A stretch of DNA of 12,076 nt from an uncultured Clostridia bacterium (GTDB lineage Bacteria > Bacillota > Clostridia > Christensenellales > Aristaeellaceae). Where the stretch lies: NCBI GenBank assembly GCA_934647235.1, contig CAKUFG010000042.1:1-12076 (forward strand), read 5' to 3'. Position 1 is the first letter of the stretch. Every line of letters begins with the position of its first letter. A program made the translations under genes and the position numbers. The notes beneath the pieces are model-generated. The model saw nothing but the letters and a program-made list of their open reading frames with translations. It searched no databases and was not told the origin of the DNA. Of this stretch, positions 6,801-12,076 are shown piece by piece.

Positions 6801-7943
6801 TCAGGCGGAAATTCTGCAGATCATGGCCACCGCATGCGCGCTGACGCCCAGCTCCTCGCCCTCGAAGCCCATATGCTCGGTGGTGGTGGCCTTGACGCTG
6901 ACCGCCTCCACGGGCAGGCTCAGCGCGGCGGCGATGTTCCTGCGCATCTGGTCGATGTGCGGAGCCAGCCTGGGGCGCTGGGCGATCACGGTCGCGTCGA
7001 TGTTCATGGGCGCAAAGCCGTGATCACGCAGGATTCCGGACGTTTTCTGCAGCAGAATCAGCGAAGAAATGCCCTCGTACTGCGGATCCTTGTCCGGAAA
7101 ATGCCGGCCGATATCGCCCAGCGCGGCCGCGCCCAGCAGCGCGTCGGCAATGGCGTGCAGCAGCACGTCGGCGTCGCTGTGGCCAAGCAGCCCTTTTTCA
7201 TGCGGGATATCCACCCCGCCCAGGATGAACCGGCGGCCCTCAACCAGCCGGTGCGCGTCGTAGCCGTGCCCGATGCGCGGCATGCCGCTTAAATAAAACT
7301 CTGCCAAGGCAATATCCTCCGGGGTCGTCAGCTTCAGGTTGCGCGGGCTGCCGGGGCACAGATGCACCGGCACGCCCAGCCGCTCCACCAGCGCCGCGTC
7401 GTCGGTGCAGCGTTCAGTAATTTCCGCGTGCGCGCGGCAAAGCAGGGCGCGGGAAAAGCCCTGCGGGGTCTGCACGGCGCGAAGCTGCCCGCGCGGCGGG
7501 GTATCGGCGACGATATCGTCCGCCTCCACGCGCTTGATGGTATCGGTGACGGGCGTGGCGGCCACGCCGCTGCCATATCTGCGAACAGAAGCCAGCACGT
7601 TTTCGATCGTCTGATCGTCCACCAGCGGGCGTGCGCCGTCGTGCACCAGCACGATATCGCAGTCCTCGGGCAGAAGCGCCAGGCCGTTCCGCACGGATTC
7701 CTGCCGGTCGGCCCCGCCGCAGGCAACGCCCTCGACGGTTAATTGCGCGTCGTTCAGCGCCGTGTGGATTTCATCCTCATCCTGCGGGCGGATGACCAGG
7801 ATTACGCCGTCCGCATGGCGGCGCAGCGTGCGCAGGGCGCGGCAGAGCGCCGGCTCGCCCAGCAGGGAAAGCAGGGTTTTGTTGGATTGCGTGCCCATGC
7901 GCAGCCCGTTGCCGCCGGACAGCAAAATGCACCAGGTACTCAT
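6801..7943 (-). CDS. ispDF: Bifunctional 2-C-methyl-D-erythritol 4-phosphate cytidylyltransferase / 2-C-methyl-D-erythritol 2,4-cyclodiphosphate synthase (IspD-IspF fusion)
   Basis: The N-terminal IspD part (nt 7284-7943) has ILLSGGNGLRMG, VLVHDGARP and VQTPQGF. The C-terminal IspF part (nt 6801-7283) has RIGHGYDAHRL...GLLGHSDADVLLHAIADALLGAAALGDIGRHFPDKDP...ATTTEHMGFEG, very close to E. coli IspF as I recall it. One continuous frame runs across the junction (YLSGMPRIGHG). ATG 7943 is preferred, with AAGGAAAAAGA upstream. Confidence 0.93.
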   Translation of the reverse strand: MSTWCILLSGGNGLRMGTQSNKTLLSLLGEPALCRALRTLRRHADGVILVIRPQDEDEIHTALNDAQLTVEGVACGGADRQESVRNGLALLPEDCDIVLVHDGARPLVDDQTIENVLASVRRYGSGVAATPVTDTIKRVEADDIVADTPPRGQLRAVQTPQGFSRALLCRAHAEITERCTDDAALVERLGVPVHLCPGSPRNLKLTTPEDIALAEFYLSGMPRIGHGYDAHRLVEGRRFILGGVDIPHEKGLLGHSDADVLLHAIADALLGAAALGDIGRHFPDKDPQYEGISSLILLQKTSGILRDHGFAPMNIDATVIAQRPRLAPHIDQMRRNIAAALSLPVEAVSVKATTTEHMGFEGEELGVSAHAVAMICRISA

Positions 7944-8485
7944 TCTTTTTCCTTTTCCTCGCAAAGCGCTTCCAATAGATGCTGATACACTTCGCCCGCG
8001 TGCTCGGGCCAGCGGCGGGCCATGCGCTCGGCCATGGCGTGCTCGGGCACGGGCAGATCGATGCTCAGCCGCGCCACGTTGCCCTCCACCAGGCTCAGGC
8101 GCACCACATACTCGCCGCTGGCGTTCTGCGTCACCTTGGCGGCGTATTGCTTTTCACGCTGAAAGCGCTGCTTCCAGGCGGGGGCGCGGTCGCGGATGAG
8201 CACCACCTTGCTGTGGGGCAGGCGGTTGATGAAAAAGGAAAGCGTTTCAAGGCCGGTATTGGTGAGGGTATACAGATAATCCAGCGGGTGGTTGGTGCGC
8301 ACAAGCTGGCCCTCGTCTACCAGCTCATGCAGGGCCAGCGCCAGATCAAAATAGCTCATGACGCCGTTGTCCGCCATAAAATACAAAAGCTGCGTATGCG
8401 TGCAGCCGCCCAGCTCCCTGAGCGCCAGCAGCGTGTAGAGCTTTCGGTCCGTTTCATCCAGCAGCGCCGGCTGATTGGGTAACAT
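7940..8485 (-). CDS. DUF4364-like / PadR-like winged-helix protein (putative transcriptional regulator)
   Basis: The protein is 181 aa. The N-terminal segment LYTLLALRELGGCTHTQLLYFMADNGVMSYFDLALALHELVDEGQLV...YTLTNTGLETL has the helix-turn-helix plus wing pattern of PadR-type wHTH proteins. Length and layout match my recollection of the DUF4364 family. A strong AGGAGG RBS lies 5 nt before ATG 8485. The TGA stop overlaps the ispDF ATG (ATGA at 7943-7940). Confidence 0.65.
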   Translation of the reverse strand: MLPNQPALLDETDRKLYTLLALRELGGCTHTQLLYFMADNGVMSYFDLALALHELVDEGQLVRTNHPLDYLYTLTNTGLETLSFFINRLPHSKVVLIRDRAPAWKQRFQREKQYAAKVTQNASGEYVVRLSLVEGNVARLSIDLPVPEHAMAERMARRWPEHAGEVYQHLLEALCEEKEKE

Positions 8486-8525
8486 ACGCGCCTCCTGTCA
8501 AATCAAAGAAAAATATGTCTTATTC

Positions 8526-10808
8526 TTAAATTCCATGCGCGCGCCAAAAATCCTGCGAACGCGCGCGAATTTCATCCTCCGATCGCACGGCCTGCGGGTG
8601 ATAGTGCGGCGGCATCAGCGCCTGCCAGCGCGGGTCGGCGTAGCGGTCGTCCAGCAGCAGCGCCACGCCGCAGTCGGTTTCGGATCGGATGACCCGCCCC
8701 ACCGCCTGCAGCACGCGGTGCATGCCGGGATAGCGATAGGCCATGCCAAAGCCGTCCGCGAAGGCTGCATCGTAGCAGGCGCGCAGGGCCTCCTGGGCAG
8801 GATTTACCTGCGGCAGTCCCACGCCTACGATTGCCGTGCCGATCAGCCGTGCGCCGGGCAGATCAATGCCCTCCGAAAAGATGCCGCCCAGCACGCAAAG
8901 GGCCAGGAAGGCGGCGCCCGGCGCTTCAAAGCGATGGAGATACTCCGCGCGGGCGGCCTCGTCCATGCTGCGCTGCTGCACATGCAGGGACAGCCCGGGC
9001 CGCAGGGCCAGCAGCTGATCGCGGATCAATTCCAGATAGGCATAGCTGGGAAAGTAAGCGATGTACTTGCCCGCTCGCCCGTCGCACAGCGCCAGCAGCG
9101 ACAGCGCAATCTGCCGGGCCGTGGTCTCGCGCTGCTGATAGCGCGTATCCAGCCCGCGCTGGAGGATCATGAGATTGCCGCTGGGAAAGGGCGAGGGCAG
9201 GGCGAAGACAGCGTCCTCCTTCGTGCCGCCCAGCAGCTGCCGTATGCGGGGAAGGGGATCCAGCGTGGCCGAGAAGTACACGCAGCCGCGCATGCGCCGC
9301 GTGCAATCGGCCAGGTGCCCGGCGATATCCAGCCGCAGCAGATGGACGCTTTGCTCTTTCCCATGGGACTGGTACAGCGCCTGGTATTCCTGCGGATGCG
9401 CCTGCATGCGCTTCAGGCACAGCCGCGCCAGCAGCAGGGTGCGGTACAGCTCATGCGTGCCCTCGGCCAGGCTTTGACCCAGCACAGGGGTGAGGGCGGA
9501 GAGCAGCGCGTCCACGGGCGCGGACAGCTGCAATGCATCCTGGCAGGGGCGCAGCGCCTGCAGATAAGCCGTCAGCGCCTGATAGACCGCGTCTTTGCGC
9601 CCGCGCAGCCTGCCGTTTTCGCGGCGGATGGCGGCAGCCTCGCGGCTGTCCAGCGTGCAGGACAGCATATCGCGCACGCGGGAGGGCAGATTGTGCGCCT
9701 CGTCGATCAGCAGCGTGGGCGTGCGTCCGGCCTCGAAGATGCGCCGCAGCGATACCAGCGGGTCAAAGGCGTAGTTGTAATCGCAGACGACCACATCGGC
9801 CGTTTCGCATAGCAGGAGCGAGAACTCAAACGGGCACAGGCAGTACTGCCCGCACAGCGCGTCGATGCGCGCAGGGTCCCAGCGCTTTTCCCGGGAAATG
9901 TCCATCAGCGCGGGCAGCTCACGGTCATAGTATCCCTTGGCGCGCGGACAGAAATCCGGATGGCAGCGCATTTCGGCCTGCGGACAGCGCTTTTCCTTGG
10001 CTGTCAGCACCACCCAGCGTGCGATCAGTCCCTGCGCGCACATGCGCTCTAATGCGTCCAGAGCGGCCTGCTGTGTGGTGCCGCGGGCGGTCAGATAGAA
10101 AATCTGCTCCGTTTTGCCCTCGCCCAGCGCCTTGAGCGCCGGAAACAGCGTGGCGGCGCTTTTGCCCGTGCCGGTGGGCAGGGAGGCAAACAGCCGCTTT
10201 TGCCGCGCGATGGCGGTGTATACCTGCGCAGCCATCTCGCGCTGGCCGGGGCGAAAGGCGGGATAAGGAAAGGGCAGATGCGCGATGGAGGCGCTGCGCT
10301 GGGCAAGATAATCATCCTGCAGGGCGCGGAAGCGCGCGTAGGGCAGCACAATCGCTTCAAACTCCGCCGCAGCCTGCTCACGGGCGAGTGTTTCGTCAAA
10401 GGCCGCGCATACATCCCCCTGCTGGGTGATATAGCTGACGCGCAGAGCAATTTGCGATAGCCCCAATTCCTCGCACAGCATAAAGGCGTAGCACAGCGCC
10501 TGCGCCCGGTGGGCGGGCAGGGGAGCGGCGGGCGGCTGCACGGCGCAGAGCTTCAATTCCTCCACCAGCGGCGGATAGTGCAGGGGATAAAAGATATCCG
10601 CCCTGCCGTACAGCTCCAGCGCAATCCCTGCGCGCGTGCCTGTCCAGCGCACGGCGCGCTCGTTCTCGGCGCCGCTTTGCTGCTGGCGCGCCTTGTGGCC
10701 CAGCATGCCGGCGTACATGGCCGCGGCGCTGGCAGGGGTCAGATCGCCCGCGCGCAGGGAAAACTCCACCAGCCGGCGGACGGATAATCGCGTGCAGGGG
10801 GAAGCCAT
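8526..10808 (-). CDS. ATP-dependent DNA helicase of the XPD/DinG (Rad3-like, Fe-S) family with an N-terminal PD-(D/E)XK (RecB-like) nuclease domain
   Basis: Helicase motifs are Walker A LPTGTGKSAA, DEAH box LLIDEAHNL and motif VI QAVGRVIRSETD. A Cys cluster, CPQAEMRCHPDFCPRAKGYY...LCGQYCLCPFEF, sits between motifs I and II as in XPD/DinG Fe-S domains. The N-terminal roughly 190 aa carry GH (H74 in track numbering), GRAD(107)IF, 13 aa, then E(120)LK(122), then Q(139)ALCY(143). This is the RecB-family H / D / ExK / QxxxY nuclease signature. ATG 10808 (MASPCTRLSVRRLVEF) is preferred over the track start at 10916 because AAAGGAG lies 8 nt upstream and the mapped promoter lies between the two. Confidence 0.88.
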   Translation of the reverse strand: MASPCTRLSVRRLVEFSLRAGDLTPASAAAMYAGMLGHKARQQQSGAENERAVRWTGTRAGIALELYGRADIFYPLHYPPLVEELKLCAVQPPAAPLPAHRAQALCYAFMLCEELGLSQIALRVSYITQQGDVCAAFDETLAREQAAAEFEAIVLPYARFRALQDDYLAQRSASIAHLPFPYPAFRPGQREMAAQVYTAIARQKRLFASLPTGTGKSAATLFPALKALGEGKTEQIFYLTARGTTQQAALDALERMCAQGLIARWVVLTAKEKRCPQAEMRCHPDFCPRAKGYYDRELPALMDISREKRWDPARIDALCGQYCLCPFEFSLLLCETADVVVCDYNYAFDPLVSLRRIFEAGRTPTLLIDEAHNLPSRVRDMLSCTLDSREAAAIRRENGRLRGRKDAVYQALTAYLQALRPCQDALQLSAPVDALLSALTPVLGQSLAEGTHELYRTLLLARLCLKRMQAHPQEYQALYQSHGKEQSVHLLRLDIAGHLADCTRRMRGCVYFSATLDPLPRIRQLLGGTKEDAVFALPSPFPSGNLMILQRGLDTRYQQRETTARQIALSLLALCDGRAGKYIAYFPSYAYLELIRDQLLALRPGLSLHVQQRSMDEAARAEYLHRFEAPGAAFLALCVLGGIFSEGIDLPGARLIGTAIVGVGLPQVNPAQEALRACYDAAFADGFGMAYRYPGMHRVLQAVGRVIRSETDCGVALLLDDRYADPRWQALMPPHYHPQAVRSEDEIRARSQDFWRAHGI

Positions 10809-10845
10809 GGCGGGCGCTCCTTTCGTTTGAATCGGGGATGATATT

Positions 10846-10874
10846 ATTGTAGTATCTGGACAAGCCAATGTAAA
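10846..10874 (-). promoter_or_regulatory. Sigma-A-type promoter for the helicase-led unit
   Basis: The minus strand reads TTTACA (10874-10869), a 17-nt spacer, then TACAAT (10851-10846). This sits about 38 nt upstream of ATG 10808. Confidence 0.6.
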
Positions 10875-10885
10875 GGGCATATAAT
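10857..10885 (+). promoter_or_regulatory. Sigma-A-type promoter for the UxaB-like gene, divergent from and overlapping the helicase promoter
   Basis: TGGACA (10857-10862), a 17-nt spacer, then a consensus TATAAT (10880-10885). This sits 30 nt upstream of ATG 10916. Confidence 0.6.
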
Positions 10886-10915
10886 AAACACGTGAAAAAA
10901 CCTTGGGAGGACGCA

Positions 10916-12076
10916 ATGGACGAGCTGAAATGCACCGCGCTGGCGCTCAATGAGGATGAAACCGCGCACGCGCTGATATACAGCCGAATGGGCCGGGGCG
11001 CGGCGCTGCTGGGCGGCGACGCATACCCCATGCAGAAAAACATAAACGCTGCTGACTGGGCGGCGCGCGATACCCTGCAATTGGTGCTGGGCGATGAGAC
11101 GGCGGAGGTGTTCGGCCAGAAAGACGGCAGCTTTCCCGCTGCGCTGGATGCGCTGCTGTATGCGCGCTGGCAGGCAAAAAAGCCCGGCCTGATCGTGCTT
11201 TCCTGCGCGGCGGCGGAGCACAACGCCCAGCATTTGCTGGAGGCGGCTCTTGCCTGCGCCGTGGCGCGGCACGCGCAGCCCGGATATCTGCGCTATCTGG
11301 TGTCTGAAAACGCCTTCTGCGCCACACTGTCGGACTGCGCCGAATGGCTCATTGAGGCGGATGAGAAAACAGCCGCGCGCCTGCCGCTGCCCAAGAGCGA
11401 CGCGGTGCGCTGCGTGCCCGATCTTTCTCCCTACGCGCTGCGCCGCACGCGCATGCTGGGCGGGGCGGGGGCGATGGCCGCCGTGTGCGCCTGCCTGGCC
11501 GGGGTGGAAACGCTGGGCGAGGCCATGCGGGAGGAGGACATCCGCACGCTGCTGGGCAAGGCGCTGACGGAGGAAATGCCGCCCGATGCCGGCTTTTCCC
11601 GCACGGAGAATCTGCAATACGCCGTGCAGGTATGCTCCTATCTGGAAAATGCCTGCGCGAGTGAAAAATGGCCTGAGATGGGCGAGAACCTGCTGGCACG
11701 GTATGTGCGCGCCATCCTGCCTGTGATTACGGAGTACGAACAGAAAAACGCCTTGCTGCCCCGTCGGCTGGCTTTTGCCGTCAGCGCGCTGATCATGCTG
11801 TACAGCGGCGTGCGGCCGGACGATCAGGGTGTGTATACCCTGGCGGGCAAGGACGGCTCCATGCCGGTGCTGGATCGAGCCGAGGCGCTGCGGGCGTTCT
11901 CGCGCCTGAGCTGCGATATGCCCTGCGAGGCGCTGGCTTATGCCGCGCTGTCGGACTGCGAAATCTGGGGCTGTGATCTGCGCGAAATTGAAGGGCTGGA
12001 AGAGCTGGCGACCGAGCAGCTGCGCGATATGCAGCTGTTGGGCGTGTGCGAGGCCATGCGCAAAGCAAGCAAATAA
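10916..12076 (+). CDS. Tagaturonate-reductase (UxaB) / mannitol-dehydrogenase-family homolog with substituted catalytic motifs (putative non-catalytic paralog)
   Basis: The track ORF starts at GTG 10892. ATG 10916 (MDELKCT...) is preferred because GGGAGG lies 5 nt upstream. The C-terminal half follows my recollection of E. coli UxaB. Here GVETLGEAMREEDIRTLLGKALTEEMPP...LLPRRLAFAVSALIMLYSG compares with [28 protein letters not shown]...LPARLTFALAALIAFYRG. Also, IVLSCAAAEHNAQHL compares with IIIPCELIDYNGDAL, and NAFCATLSDC with NSFCSTLVDR. The stop TAA is the last codon of the window. Confidence 0.8.
   Translation: MDELKCTALALNEDETAHALIYSRMGRGAALLGGDAYPMQKNINAADWAARDTLQLVLGDETAEVFGQKDGSFPAALDALLYARWQAKKPGLIVLSCAAAEHNAQHLLEAALACAVARHAQPGYLRYLVSENAFCATLSDCAEWLIEADEKTAARLPLPKSDAVRCVPDLSPYALRRTRMLGGAGAMAAVCACLAGVETLGEAMREEDIRTLLGKALTEEMPPDAGFSRTENLQYAVQVCSYLENACASEKWPEMGENLLARYVRAILPVITEYEQKNALLPRRLAFAVSALIMLYSGVRPDDQGVYTLAGKDGSMPVLDRAEALRAFSRLSCDMPCEALAYAALSDCEIWGCDLREIEGLEELATEQLRDMQLLGVCEAMRKASK

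Noticed and set aside
8475-9812. 445-aa plus-strand ORF, the longest unexplained ORF in the track
   Set aside because: It lies fully antisense to the helicase, which has Walker A, DEAH and motif VI in the opposite frame. Its product is Arg/Ala/Gln/Gly-rich and repetitive. Its start sits inside the DUF4364 gene with no RBS.
8526-10808. Nuclease-helicase as the core of a phage-defence system (DinG-associated, Hachiman- or Dpd-like)
   Set aside because: No partner genes (methyltransferase, HamA-like, Cas, ATPase or effector) flank it. Its neighbours are housekeeping or sporulation genes with the same composition, and no mobile-element markers or repeats bound the region. A repair or replication role is more parsimonious.
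10809-10916. Maximal-ORF N-terminal extensions (helicase from 10916, spoIIE from 6078, BofC-like from 2923, zinc-ribbon from 6800, ispDF from 7964, UxaB-like from GTG 10892, HAD from GTG 2971)
   Set aside because: Each extension lacks an RBS. Several would start upstream of the mapped promoter or inside the neighbouring terminator. Internal starts with GGAG-type RBSs at 5-12 nt are preferred. These remain predictions.
10396-11617. Minus-strand ORFs 10396..11223 (275 aa) and 10844..11617 (257 aa)
   Set aside because: They run antisense through the UxaB-like gene. The first also runs across the AT-rich divergent promoter region into the helicase N-terminus. Their composition is Arg/Ala/Pro-rich. 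They are shadow ORFs.
1-12076. Search by eye for CRISPR arrays, tRNA or rRNA, IS or transposase genes, integrases, long direct or inverted repeats, and riboswitch-like leaders
   Set aside because: I recognised none. The intergenic regions are short (40-135 nt) and are accounted for by promoters, RBSs and terminators. The only repeats seen are intragenic domain duplications (SH3b and PG_binding). A software repeat or Rfam scan would be needed to exclude small ncRNAs.

Overview
This is a GC-rich segment (roughly 60-65% by eye, not computed). It reads like core chromosome of a spore-forming Clostridia-class Firmicute; that taxonomic call is inference from spoIIE, a BofC-like gene and codon usage. 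I support ten tightly packed protein-coding genes, eight on the minus strand and two on the plus strand. In window order they are: (1) a 5'-complete, 3'-truncated exported SH3b-repeat protein that the ORF track omits because it runs off the left edge; (2) a membrane-anchored VanY/M15B D-Ala-D-Ala carboxypeptidase with two peptidoglycan-binding repeats; (3) a membrane-anchored BofC-like protein; (4) a HAD phosphatase; (5) SpoIIE; (6) a zinc-ribbon membrane protein; (7) a fused IspD-IspF; (8) a DUF4364/PadR-like winged-helix protein; (9) an XPD/DinG-type Fe-S helicase with an N-terminal PD-(D/E)XK nuclease domain; (10) a UxaB/mannitol-dehydrogenase-family homolog. AT-rich islands between genes carry readable sigma-A-type promoters and two hairpin terminators. 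I found no tRNA, rRNA, CRISPR array, transposase, integrase or terminal repeats, and no compositional break that would mark an island. Most long ORFs in the track are antisense shadow ORFs typical of high-GC DNA. I see no convincing self-contained novel system such as a defence island. Three items are most worth follow-up. First, the UxaB-like protein has all recognisable catalytic motifs substituted and is a candidate pseudoenzyme. Second, the nuclease-helicase fusion heads an oddly mixed four-gene transcription unit. Third, sporulation-type regulatory motifs sit upstream of spoIIE and the BofC-like gene. All family assignments come from motif recognition by eye and need HMM or BLAST confirmation.
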